A stretch of DNA of 64,000 bases from positions 16,349-80,348 of the forward strand of contig JBGGMJ010000082.1 in assembly GCA_041288095.1 (NCBI GenBank), given 5' to 3'. Each line of letters opens with the position of its first letter. The stretch's first letter is position 1. The notes below the pieces were generated by a model. It had not been told where the DNA came from. It saw only the letters and a program-made list of their open reading frames with translations, and did no database searches. Source of the DNA: Myxococcota bacterium (lineage in GTDB: Bacteria; Myxococcota; XYA12-FULL-58-9; JALHOP01). This document shows, one piece after another, positions 8,374 through 18,177 of the stretch. A program made the translations under genes and the position numbers.

Positions 8374-9864
8374 GTGGCTATCGAGGCTTCGATTCGCATC
8401 GGTTCGACGACGGCCTCGCCGTGGCAACTGACAGCCCCCGACCCGGTCGCGACCTCGCGAAACGCCGGGACGCACCCGGTCGCGGTCGAGCCAAACCGTC
8501 GCTACGCCCAGGTTCCGACCGGTCCCGGCCTCATTCTCGCCCCGGCCCCCGACGCGCCTGATCCCGATGCCGCCGCTATCGCCGAGAGCCCCGAGGCACG
8601 TTTCACCGCGTCCGAGCTCGTCCCGCACCTCGCATGGGTCATGAGCGCCTACTACCCAGCGCTCGAGCCCGAGCGCATGCAAGAGGTCATCCTGGCGAGC
8701 CTCCAAGGCCTCGCGCGCCTCAAGCCGGAAGTCACCGTCGAGCGTGACGGCAACCGCATCGTCATCCGTGACGGCGCCACCACCCAGCGCTTCGCCATGC
8801 CCTCGAACGCGGGCTCCTGGGCGAACGCGGCCCAACGGGTCGCTGAGTTGGTCGCCGGCCCTGTGCCCTCTTTAGCGGGCGCTCGACACGACGCAGTGAG
8901 CGATGCTTTCTTCAGCGGCCTCGCCGGCTCTCTCGATGGCTACAGCTGGTATCGCAACCGTGCCGCGGCCGCCGAGTTCGCACGCCGCATGGACCACAGC
9001 AAGCCGGAGGACGACGTACAGGCCGAGGTTGTCGACGGTGTCGGCGTGTTGCGCATCCGCACCTTCACCGGCGCCGCCGTCATCGGCGTGCGACGCGCGC
9101 TCGAAAGCTGGGGCCTCCTGCCCGAAGGCGCCACGCCTCGAGTCCAAGGGCTGGTCGTCGACATTATCGACGATGGCGGTGGCGCCAGCGCCGCGGCACG
9201 CTCGATCGCCGACATGTTCCTGCGGCGCGGTGTCATTTACCGCACCGAGAGCAACGAGACGGTGAACGCCGTCAACGAGGAGGCTGACGGCCGCGGGATC
9301 CCCGAGCACATCCAGGTCGTGGTCTTGCAGAACGGCGGCACTGCCTCGGCGGCGGAGATCTTCGCGGGCGCGGTCCAAGAGAATCGCCGGGCCATCGTCC
9401 TCGGCACCTCGAGCTATGGCAAGAGCCGCGAGCAGACCGTTCGCCGCGAGCTCCCCGGTGGCGGGGCCCTGGCGATCTCGACGGCCCTCATTCGCGGACC
9501 CTCCGGCCAGACCCACGAGGGCCAGGGCGTCACCCCCAACGCCTGCATCATCGATACGCGCGTCAGCATGGATGCCGCGTCTCGCGCCGAGCTGCGTCGG
9601 CGCGGTGAGCTCGACGCCGGTCCGGACAACCCCCTCCACCGTTTTTGCCCACCGCTTCCGAGCCGCGCCGAGGTACGCACACCCGGGCGCCGCCGCATGA
9701 GCGACGACGAACATCGTGGCCTGCAGCTCCAGGCGATCGCCTTGCTGCGCGACCAGGCCCGCTACCGCTCCCTCCTCGAAGGGGTCGAGCTGGCGCCGCA
9801 ACCAGCGTTCGTACGGCCGCGCAGCGCCGTGCCCGGCGTACCCTGGTGGGCTGGTCCTAACTGA
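8374..9864 (+). CDS. S41A (CtpA/Tsp-like) serine peptidase lacking PDZ domain and signal peptide
   Basis: GVLRIRTF, GLVVD...GGG, catalytic TASAAE and SYGKS; only about 25 aa between LDGYSWY and the peptidase core. Start at GTG 8374 (AGGAG 10 nt upstream); 8350 is the alternative. Confidence 0.82.
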   Translation: MAIEASIRIGSTTASPWQLTAPDPVATSRNAGTHPVAVEPNRRYAQVPTGPGLILAPAPDAPDPDAAAIAESPEARFTASELVPHLAWVMSAYYPALEPERMQEVILASLQGLARLKPEVTVERDGNRIVIRDGATTQRFAMPSNAGSWANAAQRVAELVAGPVPSLAGARHDAVSDAFFSGLAGSLDGYSWYRNRAAAAEFARRMDHSKPEDDVQAEVVDGVGVLRIRTFTGAAVIGVRRALESWGLLPEGATPRVQGLVVDIIDDGGGASAAARSIADMFLRRGVIYRTESNETVNAVNEEADGRGIPEHIQVVVLQNGGTASAAEIFAGAVQENRRAIVLGTSSYGKSREQTVRRELPGGGALAISTALIRGPSGQTHEGQGVTPNACIIDTRVSMDAASRAELRRRGELDAGPDNPLHRFCPPLPSRAEVRTPGRRRMSDDEHRGLQLQAIALLRDQARYRSLLEGVELAPQPAFVRPRSAVPGVPWWAGPN

Positions 9865-9905
9865 TAGCCGAACCACCGCCGGCGTGGTTTAATGCGGGCC
9901 GCATC

Positions 9906-11051
9906 ATGTCCATTCACACCGAGCTCGTCATGAAGGCCCTGGAGTCGCTCGACGCGCTCTCGGCGCCGCCACCCGACGGCAAGCCCAACCTCCTGGGCGT
10001 GCCCATGGCCGAGCTCGAGCGCTTCTCCGAAGCGGCGGGAGAGCAACGCTATCGCGGACGGCAGATTTTCCAGGGCCTGTTCCACCGCCGCGTCCAGTCG
10101 TTCGCCGACCTCACCGACATCAGCAAGAAGCTGCGCGAGGCGCTCGAGGCGGCGTTCGACATCGACCGCCCCAAGGTCGAGCAGGTGCAAGCGTCGACCG
10201 ACGGCACCCGCAAGTACAAGCTCAAGGCGATCGACGGCTCGATCTTCGAAGCCGTCTACATCCCCGAGGTGGCGCGTGGCTCGCGCACCAACACGTTGTG
10301 CGTCTCGTCGCAAACGGGCTGCGCCGTCGGCTGCAAGTTCTGCTTCACGGCGTCGCTGAAGCGCAATCGCAACCTCTCGGCCGCGGAGATCGTCGGCCAG
10401 GTGCTTGCTGTCCGCGATGACGTTGCGGAGTTCGGCGAGCGCGCCCAAGTCACCAACATCGTCTTCATGGGCATGGGCGAGCCGCTCCTGAACTACTCGC
10501 AGGTAACGCGCGCCATCGGCATCCTGCTCGACCCGATGGGCGCCGCGTTTCCGTCGAGGCGCATCACCGTGAGCACCAGCGGCATCGTGCCGCGCATCTA
10601 CGACCTCGGCCGCGACCTGCCGACGCAGCTCGCCATCTCGCTCAACGCGACGACCAACGAGATTCGCCAGCAGGTCATGCCGATCACCAAGAAGTGGCCG
10701 CTCGAGGAGCTCATCGCGGCGCTGCGCGCTTACCCGCTGCAGCCACGCCGGCGCATCACCATCGAATACGTCCTCCTCGGCGGCGTCAACGACAGCATCG
10801 AGGACGCGCGACGCCTCCCGCACCTCCTGCGCGACATCCCGGTCAAGGTGAACCTCTTGCCGCTCAACGCCCACGACCGCACGGAGCTCAAGACCCCCGA
10901 ATGGAGCCAGGTCCTCGCCTTCGAGCGCGAGCTCAAACGCCACGGCATGAACGCCATCTTGCGCCGGCCCCGGGGCCGCGACATCTCGGCGGCGTGCGGC
11001 CAGCTCGGCGAAACCGTGCCTGTCCGCGAAAACGCACCAGCCGCGCCCTAG
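9906..11051 (+). CDS. rlmN: Dual-specificity rRNA/tRNA methyltransferase RlmN (radical SAM)
   Basis: CVSSQTGCAVGCKFC, NIVFMGMGEPLLNY, RRITVSTSG and DISAACGQL motifs. Confidence 0.97.
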   Translation: MSIHTELVMKALESLDALSAPPPDGKPNLLGVPMAELERFSEAAGEQRYRGRQIFQGLFHRRVQSFADLTDISKKLREALEAAFDIDRPKVEQVQASTDGTRKYKLKAIDGSIFEAVYIPEVARGSRTNTLCVSSQTGCAVGCKFCFTASLKRNRNLSAAEIVGQVLAVRDDVAEFGERAQVTNIVFMGMGEPLLNYSQVTRAIGILLDPMGAAFPSRRITVSTSGIVPRIYDLGRDLPTQLAISLNATTNEIRQQVMPITKKWPLEELIAALRAYPLQPRRRITIEYVLLGGVNDSIEDARRLPHLLRDIPVKVNLLPLNAHDRTELKTPEWSQVLAFERELKRHGMNAILRRPRGRDISAACGQLGETVPVRENAPAAP

Positions 11052-11716
11052 CCGACCTCGAGCTTGCGCTCGCGAAAGGCCGCGAGCAGCCGCACCTTTG
11101 CCTCGGCTTCGAGAACGGCACCGTGCGCCGGCACGACGCGGGCGATGTCGAGCCGAGCAATCGGCGCCAGCGACGCCGCGAACGCTCGGCGGTCCTTCAC
11201 CAGCATCATGAGCATGCGGCTGACCGCGAAGCGTCGATAAGCATCCGAGAGCAGCTTCAAGATGATGGTCGCTCCGACGCCGCCAGCGTCGACGACATTG
11301 AAGGCGAGATCGACGACGAGCAGCGACTTCGAGGGCACGTGATAAAGCGCGTGCTCACGCACCTTCGGCATGCCGGCCAGCGGAAAGACGCGCAGCTCGC
11401 TCTCGTGCGGCCATGGGTCTTCGCCGAGCACCGACCAGGTATGCTTCGGACGCTTGTCGCGTATCCCCGGCGGACCCCAGAGCCGAGCCCGCGGGTGATA
11501 CTTGGCCGCGAGCGGGCCGCCGTCGGTGTGCCAGAAGCTGGGCGCGATGATGTCCGTCACCTCGCCGGCGCTCTTGAGCTGGGCTTCGCTCATCATCGAG
11601 CCCGGGGAGAACATCACCCTGCCGCCGCTCACCTCGATGACGGTGGTGCGGACCGGGAGCTTCATGATGGGCATCTTGGCGACGTCTTCGATGAAGGTCA
11701 TTCCGGTGGTGGTCAT
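11048..11716 (-). CDS. DUF4336-type metallo-beta-lactamase-like protein
   Basis: LPVRTTVI...G.VT.IIAPSFWH, E..LYHVPSKSLLVVDLAFN and V.P.HG motifs; start moved to ATG 11716. Confidence 0.75.
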   Translation of the reverse strand: MTTTGMTFIEDVAKMPIMKLPVRTTVIEVSGGRVMFSPGSMMSEAQLKSAGEVTDIIAPSFWHTDGGPLAAKYHPRARLWGPPGIRDKRPKHTWSVLGEDPWPHESELRVFPLAGMPKVREHALYHVPSKSLLVVDLAFNVVDAGGVGATIILKLLSDAYRRFAVSRMLMMLVKDRRAFAASLAPIARLDIARVVPAHGAVLEAEAKVRLLAAFRERKLEVG

Positions 11717-11783
11717 GCCGTGTGCGCTATCAGCGACCGTGCCTCCTGACAATCCGCGCCGGCGAGCGTAAACATGCGTCAAA

Positions 11784-12902
11784 ATGTCCCTCGCTGATCA
11801 GGTGCGCGACGCTGCCCTCGAGCTGGGCTTCGTGCGCGTCGGTTTCTCGCCGGTCGAGCCCTTCGCGCGCGGTGCGGACGCTCTAGCGGACTGGCTGGCG
11901 CGCGGTCGCCACGGCGAGATGGCCTACATGGCGGAGCACGGCGGACGCGCGGAGCCGACGACCCTACTCGCCGAGGCCAAGACCTTGATCGTCGTCGCCC
12001 TGCCCTACACCCGCGACGTTCCGGAGGCGCCGGCGATGCATGGACGCGTCGCACGTTACGCGCTGGGCGGCGATTACCACGCCGTGATGAAGGAGAAGTT
12101 GCGCGCGTTAGCGGACAAGCTCGGCACCCTCACTAGCCGCCCAGTGCTCGCCCGCCCTTGCGTCGACAGCGCGCCCATCCTCGAGCGCGAAGCCGCCGAG
12201 CGCGCCGGCGTCGGCTTCATCGCCAAGTCGACGATGAGCATCGTCCCGGGCGTCGGCAGCTACGTGGTCCTGGGAGAGCTACTCGTCGACCTCGAGCTCG
12301 CGCCCAGTACGCCAGAGCGGTCTCGCTGTGGCAGTTGCACCAAGTGCATCGAAGCCTGCCCCACTGGCGCCATCATCGACGCCCAGGTGCTCGACGCTCG
12401 GCGCTGCATCTCGTACCTGACCATCGAGCTGCGCGGCGCAATTCCGCGCGAGTTACGACCACTCATCGGCACCTGGGTCTACGGCTGCGACATCTGCCAG
12501 GAGGTCTGCCCCTTCAACGCCTCGAAGCAGGAGCGCCCACTCGCCCCCGAAATGCGGCCACGCTTCACCAGCCTCGATCTGGTGAAGCTCCTGGCCATCC
12601 GCAACCGAGAGCACAAGCGCCTCATCAAGAAGAGCGCCATGCGTCGTGTAAGCCGCGAGCAGCTGGCGCGAAATGCGGCGGTGGCACTGGGCAACTGCAA
12701 GGAGCCGACGGCCATTGCGCCTCTCGCCGAGGCCCTCGAGCACCACAAATCACCGCTGGTGCGCGGCCACGCCGCCTGGGCCCTCGGCCGCTACAGCAAG
12801 GACCACTTAGCCGCGCGCGACGCCTTGGCCGCGGCCGCCTTGCGTGAAACCGATGCCGGCGTGCTCGACGAAATCGCCCGGGCCCCTGACATCGTGTCAT
12901 GA
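11784..12902 (+). CDS. queG: Epoxyqueuosine reductase QueG
   Basis: VARYALGGDYH, CVDSAPILERE.A..AG.G, CGSCTKCIEACPTGAI...DARRCISYLTIE and YGCDICQEVCPFN; HEAT-like C-terminus. Confidence 0.96.
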   Translation: MSLADQVRDAALELGFVRVGFSPVEPFARGADALADWLARGRHGEMAYMAEHGGRAEPTTLLAEAKTLIVVALPYTRDVPEAPAMHGRVARYALGGDYHAVMKEKLRALADKLGTLTSRPVLARPCVDSAPILEREAAERAGVGFIAKSTMSIVPGVGSYVVLGELLVDLELAPSTPERSRCGSCTKCIEACPTGAIIDAQVLDARRCISYLTIELRGAIPRELRPLIGTWVYGCDICQEVCPFNASKQERPLAPEMRPRFTSLDLVKLLAIRNREHKRLIKKSAMRRVSREQLARNAAVALGNCKEPTAIAPLAEALEHHKSPLVRGHAAWALGRYSKDHLAARDALAAAALRETDAGVLDEIARAPDIVS

Positions 12903-12908
12903 AAACGC

Positions 12909-12935
12909 GCAACACCAGCGCCGGCAAGCCGATGA
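12909..12935 (+). promoter_or_regulatory. Putative sigma28/FliA-like promoter
   Basis: GCAAC-N14-GCCGATGA upstream of the 88-aa orphan. Confidence 0.5.
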
Positions 12936-12962
12936 CCACGCTCCCACCACAGGAGCCAGCCC

Positions 12963-13229
12963 ATGCCGAATCAACTTGGCGACATTCTCAACCGCGTTCT
13001 TCCGCGCGGCCTCACCGATAGCGAGACCGACGAGATCATCGCGGCGGTGAACGCACCGAAGGCCGATCAGACCCAGCAGCAAGACACACTCCTCGAGCTG
13101 CGCGCCCTCAACACGGTCCTCGGCCAGTACCTGGCTTCCGGGAACTCGTACGCCACCATGGCGAACCATCAGCGCATCGGCGTTTGCCTGCGCCGGCAGG
13201 AAATCTCGCCCGCGCTCAAGTGCCGCTAG
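12963..13229 (+). CDS. Small orphan protein (88 aa)
   Basis: AGGAG RBS 8 nt upstream; fills the gap between queG and convergent xth; no recognised family. Confidence 0.6.
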   Translation: MPNQLGDILNRVLPRGLTDSETDEIIAAVNAPKADQTQQQDTLLELRALNTVLGQYLASGNSYATMANHQRIGVCLRRQEISPALKCR

Positions 13230-13233
13230 CCGG

Positions 13234-14013
13234 TCAGGCGAGCTCGACAATCACCGGCGCGTGATCGCTCGGCGGTGTCGGATGTGCTTTCGGATAACGC
13301 TCGTCGCGGTCGATCGAGGCCGCGCGGGCGCGCTCCGCAATCACGGACGTCCCCAACACGAGGTCGATGCGCAGACCGTTGGCGCGCTGGAACCCGAGGT
13401 TGCGGTAGTCCCACCACGAGTAGAGGCCGCCCTCCTCGCGCACCTTACGAAACACGTCGACGAGCCCGAAGCGCATGAGCGACTGCAACGCCGCGCGGGC
13501 CTCGGGGTGATAAAGCACCGTGTGCTCCCACTCGAACGGCCGCGCCACATCGCGCTCGTCCGGGGCGATGTTGAAATCACCGCACAAGAGCAGGGGTTCG
13601 TCGGGCTGGTGATTGGCGGCGAGATACGACTCGAAGCGCTTGAGCCACGCCATCTTGTATTGCCACTTGTCCGAGTCGACGGTGCTGCCGTTGGGCACGT
13701 AGACGCTCGCGATCCGCACGCCTTGCACCAGCCCGCTCACGTACCGCGCTTGCGGGTCGTCGGCGCCGTCCGCGAAGCCGATGCGCACGTCCTCGATGGG
13801 AGTCTTCGATAGCAGAGCGACGCCGTTGTAGGCCTTCTGACCGTTGAGCGCCGCGTGGTAGCCGAGCGTGAGCAGCTTCGCCGTGGGAAAGGCGCCGTCG
13901 GGGACCTTGGTCTCCTGCAAGCAGAGCACGTCGGGCTGATGCCGCGCCAACGCCAAGAAGAACCGCTCTTCGCGGGCCTTCACCGAGTTGACGTTCCAGC
14001 TGAGCAGCTTCAC
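13234..14013 (-). CDS. xth: Exodeoxyribonuclease III
   Basis: SWNVNS, LCLQETK, YNGVALLS, GDFNIAP, YSWWDYR, GLRIDLVL and SDHAPV motifs. Confidence 0.97.
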   Translation of the reverse strand: MKLLSWNVNSVKAREERFFLALARHQPDVLCLQETKVPDGAFPTAKLLTLGYHAALNGQKAYNGVALLSKTPIEDVRIGFADGADDPQARYVSGLVQGVRIASVYVPNGSTVDSDKWQYKMAWLKRFESYLAANHQPDEPLLLCGDFNIAPDERDVARPFEWEHTVLYHPEARAALQSLMRFGLVDVFRKVREEGGLYSWWDYRNLGFQRANGLRIDLVLGTSVIAERARAASIDRDERYPKAHPTPPSDHAPVIVELA

Positions 14014-15404
14014 TTGCGCAACGTGGTTGCCAGCTCTTCGTAGAGGTGAATGGTCGACTTGGTAACGCGCTCCCAGTCACCGATGTGCTGCGACTCGTCG
14101 ATACCGTGGATGTACGAATACGGGTCCTCGATGCCGAGCATGATCGCCGGCACGCCGCCGAGCGCCTCGCAGAACGGACCGACGAAGGGAATCGATCCAC
14201 CGGCGCCGAGAATCGTGGGCTCGCGGCCGAAGCCGGCTTGCAGCGAGCGCGCCGCCGCCTGGAACGCGGGATGCTCCGTCGAGCAATGCCACGCCGGCGA
14301 CGCCTGGTGTCGGGTCACGGTGACCTGCGCGCCGAACGGGGGGTTCTCCTCGAGCTTCTTGACCAAAGCGTCTTGCGCCGCCTTGGGATCCTGGTCGGGC
14401 ACCAAACGCACACCGACGCGGGCCCAGGCGCTCTCGACGAGGATGTTGCGAGCGTCCGCTCGAGAAGACGCCTGCATGGCGTTGATGGCGATGGTCGGCT
14501 TGCGCCAGATCGCCTCGAAGGGGCTCCCCTCGGTGGTGAGCGGGACGCCGTCGAGGATCCCCGACATCTTGCGGAAGCCGCTCTTGTCGATGGGCAGCTT
14601 CTCGAGCGAGGCACGCTCGGCCGCGTTCATCGGCATGACCTTCTCGTAGAAGCCCGGGAGATCGACGCTGCCGTCGTCCTTGGTAAGGCGCGCGAGGATC
14701 TTGCACAGGGCCATGGCGGCGTCGGGCAGCGGACCGCCCCACATGCCGGAGTGCAGCGGCCCCTTCAGAACCTTCACCTCGACATCGACGGCGGCCATGC
14801 CGCGCAGCGAGTTCGTGAGCGACGGGATGCCGGTGTCGATGTTCGCCGTGTCGGTGATGATGATGGCGTCGGCCTGCAGCCGATCGAGATGCTTATGTAA
14901 GAACTTCATCAAGTGCGCCGAGCCGATCTCTTCTTCGCCTTCGATGAGGAACTTGAGATTCACCGGGAGCTTGCCGCCGCCGGCCTTGCGCCAGCTGTCG
15001 ACCGCCGCCGCATGGATCGAGATGCCGACCTTGTCGTCCGAGGTGCCGCGCCCGTAGAGCCGGCCATTGCGCTCCGTCGGCGTGAAGGGCGGCGAGGTCC
15101 ACTGCGAAGCATCGCCCGCCGGCTGCACGTCGTGGTGCGCGTACAGAAGTAGAGTCGGCGCCTTAGGATCAGCGACGACCTCCGCGAAAACGTACGGGTG
15201 CGCGTCATCGAGCGGCAGGATCTCGACCTTGTCGAAGCCACGCTTCTTGAGCAGGTCCGCGGTCGCTTGAGCGGACACCTTCATGTGGCTGTGGTCGAAC
15301 CCCGGAAAAGAGATGCTCGGGATCGCGACCAGGGCCTTCAGATCTTCCAAGTAATCGCGGCGGTTTGCGTCAAAATGGGCGGCGGCTTTGGCGGCATTCG
15401 ACAT
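14010..15404 (-). CDS. M20-family dipeptidase/metallohydrolase
   Basis: YAHHDVQPAG, LYGRGTSDDK, IEGEEEIGS, LHSGMWGG, GGSIP and IHGIDE; start moved to ATG 15404. Confidence 0.92.
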   Translation of the reverse strand: MSNAAKAAAHFDANRRDYLEDLKALVAIPSISFPGFDHSHMKVSAQATADLLKKRGFDKVEILPLDDAHPYVFAEVVADPKAPTLLLYAHHDVQPAGDASQWTSPPFTPTERNGRLYGRGTSDDKVGISIHAAAVDSWRKAGGGKLPVNLKFLIEGEEEIGSAHLMKFLHKHLDRLQADAIIITDTANIDTGIPSLTNSLRGMAAVDVEVKVLKGPLHSGMWGGPLPDAAMALCKILARLTKDDGSVDLPGFYEKVMPMNAAERASLEKLPIDKSGFRKMSGILDGVPLTTEGSPFEAIWRKPTIAINAMQASSRADARNILVESAWARVGVRLVPDQDPKAAQDALVKKLEENPPFGAQVTVTRHQASPAWHCSTEHPAFQAAARSLQAGFGREPTILGAGGSIPFVGPFCEALGGVPAIMLGIEDPYSYIHGIDESQHIGDWERVTKSTIHLYEELATTLRK

Positions 15405-15484
15405 GCGGGAGGCGTAGCAAGGCGGATACCCGGGCGCAATATGTGGCCAAGAGGCCACAGGTCATGGTAAGCCCTGTGAATCAC

Positions 15485-16912
15485 ATGGAAACCGATCCGA
15501 AGGCAGGCACGACGGGTCCCCTCCCTCGGCCACGCCAGACGACCATCGTCGCTGATCGCACGCAGATCCAGCTGCAACGGTGCAAGCTCGTCCAAATGAC
15601 GGGCGGCGCCAAGGGCCGCGAGTTCGAGCTGTCGCGTCGTCGTGTCGTCGTGGGCTCGAGCGAGAGCTGTGACCTTCGCCTCACCGATAACACCGTTTCG
15701 AAAGAACATTTCGCCATCATCCGGGACGAGCAGAGCTACCTGCTGCAAGACCTGGGCAGCACCAACGGCACCTTCCTCGACAACGCGCGCATCAAAGAGG
15801 TCTATCTGCGACCCGGCGCGCTCATCAAAGCCGGCGAGGTCTTCTTCCGCTTCGAGCCGGTCTACGAGCGCATCGAGCTCGTGCCCTCCGACCGGGCCGA
15901 CTTCGCGGGCCTACTCGGCGTCTCGTTCCGCATGCGCGAGATCTTCACCGTGCTCGAGAAGGTGGCCGCGACCGAGGCGACCATCCTCCTGCAAGGTGAG
16001 ACCGGCACCGGCAAGGGCGCGGTCGCGCGCGCCATCCATCAGGCGTCGCTGCGCAAAGATCAAAAAATCGTCATCTTCGATTGCGGCGCCATCGCCCCGA
16101 CGCTCATCGAGAGCGAGCTCTTCGGCCACGAACGCGGTGCTTTCACCGGCGCCGTGCAGCAACGCAAAGGCGCGCTCGAAGAGGCACAAGGCGGCACGCT
16201 CTTCATCGACGAGCTCGCTGAGTTGCCCCTCGAGCTGCAACCGAAGCTCTTGCGCGCCCTCGAAGAGCGCACCTTCACGCGCGTCGGCAGCAACAAGTCG
16301 ATGAAGGTCGACTGCCGCGTCATCGCCGCCTCGCAGCGTGACCTCTGGACCGAAGTGTCCGCCGGCCGTTTCCGCGAAGACCTCTATTTCCGCCTCGCGG
16401 TCGTCACCATTCCCCTGCCGCCGCTGCGCGACCGCACCGAAGACATTCCGATGCTGGTCGACGGCTTCATGAAGGACATCCCGCACTCGAAGGTGAAGAC
16501 CTTCGACGAGCTACCGTCCGACATGCAGCGCAAGCTCCTCTCGCACGATTGGCCGGGCAACATCCGCGAGCTGCGCAACACCGTCGAGCGCATGGCGCTC
16601 ATGGACGGCGCCGACCCATTCATGCGCCGGCCGCAGCGGCTCGATGGCACCGTCGCAGGTGCCCCAGGCGGAGCCCCAGCCCCAGGCAGCCCGCCCGCGG
16701 CCCCCTCTGGCAACCTCAGCGCCGACTACGACCTGCCCTTCAAAGACGCCAAGGACAACTTGGTCTCCGCCTTCGAGCGCGAGTACCTGACGCGGCTGTT
16801 GTCCCGCACCAGCAACAACATCGCGCGCGCGGCCCGCGAGGCGTCTATTGACCGGAAGTACCTCTACACTCTACTCGCGAAGCACGGTCTGTCCGGCAAC
16901 GACGACTCATGA
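15485..16912 (+). CDS. FHA-domain sigma54-dependent enhancer-binding protein (Fis HTH)
   Basis: FHA motifs (GSSESCDL..TDNTVSKEH, DLGSTNGTF); GETGTGK, GAFTGA, LFIDE, WPGNIREL; C-terminal HTH; start at ATG 15485. Confidence 0.94.
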   Translation: METDPKAGTTGPLPRPRQTTIVADRTQIQLQRCKLVQMTGGAKGREFELSRRRVVVGSSESCDLRLTDNTVSKEHFAIIRDEQSYLLQDLGSTNGTFLDNARIKEVYLRPGALIKAGEVFFRFEPVYERIELVPSDRADFAGLLGVSFRMREIFTVLEKVAATEATILLQGETGTGKGAVARAIHQASLRKDQKIVIFDCGAIAPTLIESELFGHERGAFTGAVQQRKGALEEAQGGTLFIDELAELPLELQPKLLRALEERTFTRVGSNKSMKVDCRVIAASQRDLWTEVSAGRFREDLYFRLAVVTIPLPPLRDRTEDIPMLVDGFMKDIPHSKVKTFDELPSDMQRKLLSHDWPGNIRELRNTVERMALMDGADPFMRRPQRLDGTVAGAPGGAPAPGSPPAAPSGNLSADYDLPFKDAKDNLVSAFEREYLTRLLSRTSNNIARAAREASIDRKYLYTLLAKHGLSGNDDS

Positions 16913-17559
16913 CCATGACAGGACTTCCGCGCTACATCGCCATCGAGGGTCCGATTGGCGTCGGTAAGACGACGCTCACGCAGAAAATCGCCGAGCGCAT
17001 CAACGCCAGGGTCGTCCTCGAAGAGTTCTCCGACAACCCGTTCCTGCGTGACTTCTATCAGGACAAGGACCGGGTCGCGTTCCAGACGCAGGTCTACTTC
17101 CTGGTCGCCCGCTTCAAGCAGCAAGAGGAGCTGCGGCAGCACGACCTGTTCGCGCGCTCCATCGTCAGCGACTACCTCTTCGCCAAGGACCGCATCTTCG
17201 CTTACCTGAACCTCGCCGAAGCCGAGCTCCAGCTCTACGAGCGCATCTACGACTTGTTGCGCCCGCGCTTGGTGAAGCCCGACCTCGTGGTCTACCTGCA
17301 AGCACGCCCCGACGTCTTGATGAAGCGACTCCGCAAACGCGGACGCGAGATGGAAGCCTCGGTCGAGGTGCAGTACCTCGATTCGTTGCAGCGCGCGTAC
17401 AACCAGTTCTTCTTCCACTACGACGAGTCGCCGCTGCTCATCGTCGAGACCAGCGACATCGACGTGCGGCTCGACGAAGACTTCGATCTGCTCATCGACG
17501 CCATGAGGCGCGCGACCCACGGCACCAATCATTTCGTGCCCCGCTCACGCGCCGGCTGA
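16909..17559 (+). CDS. Deoxynucleoside kinase (dAK/dGK family)
   Basis: IAIEGPIGVGKTT, F.TQVYFL..R, KPDLVVYLQA and RLRKRGR; ATGA-coupled to the EBP. Confidence 0.94.
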   Translation: MTMTGLPRYIAIEGPIGVGKTTLTQKIAERINARVVLEEFSDNPFLRDFYQDKDRVAFQTQVYFLVARFKQQEELRQHDLFARSIVSDYLFAKDRIFAYLNLAEAELQLYERIYDLLRPRLVKPDLVVYLQARPDVLMKRLRKRGREMEASVEVQYLDSLQRAYNQFFFHYDESPLLIVETSDIDVRLDEDFDLLIDAMRRATHGTNHFVPRSRAG

Positions 17560-17590
17560 GTGTGCCGCTGTGTCGGCAGCCGGATCCAAA

Positions 17591-17617
17591 GCACCGCCGA
17601 GCTGCGCGCATCGATAA
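17591..17617 (+). promoter_or_regulatory. Weak match to the sigma28-like motif
   Basis: GCAC-N15-ATCGATAA upstream of orphan 17642; the -35 element is degenerate. Confidence 0.3.
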
Positions 17618-17641
17618 CCAGACAACTCGTCGGAGATTGTC

Positions 17642-18175
17642 ATGGCCTCTATTTCGAATTCGCCCGTCACCACCGCTGACCTACGCGACCGCGCCTGGGA
17701 CGCCCTCGGCGCCCACTTCCTGTTACCCCGCGACCTAAGCCTCCTTCAGGAAGGCGTGGCGACCAAGAAGAGCCTCGCGACCGCGAAGGCCGCTCTCGCC
17801 GAGACCGAAAAGCTGGCGGCAATGACGGCCCCCGGCGCCGCCGATTCGAGCCATCAGTTCGACCGCGTGACCATCACCGTTTGGGGACCGGACCCGTGGA
17901 AGGTCACCGTCGCCGGCGACACGGTCGACGCCGTCGTGAACGAGCGCCGGGAACGCAAGTACCTCGGCGGTCTGTTCACGCACACCGAGACCAACGACAT
18001 GAGATCCAAGGGTGAGCGCGCCAACGTCCACGAGTGGGCGTCCAAGGCCGCCACCGCCGGGCAGCGCCTGGTCGGCGCCATCGAGTCGCGCCTCGCGGCC
18101 CAAAGCGGCATAGAAACGGCGCTCGCCGGTGTCCGCGAACGCGTCGAGCCCGTGCTGGACCGCATCCGCCGCTGA
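17642..18175 (+). CDS. Orphan helical protein, paralog A (pair with 21785..22321)
   Basis: GGAG RBS; shares EKLAAMTAPGA.DSS, VTV.GD.V.A and VGAIE..LAAQ.G.ETAL.GV..R.E with 21785. Confidence 0.75.
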   Translation: MASISNSPVTTADLRDRAWDALGAHFLLPRDLSLLQEGVATKKSLATAKAALAETEKLAAMTAPGAADSSHQFDRVTITVWGPDPWKVTVAGDTVDAVVNERRERKYLGGLFTHTETNDMRSKGERANVHEWASKAATAGQRLVGAIESRLAAQSGIETALAGVRERVEPVLDRIRR

Positions 18176-18177
18176 GC

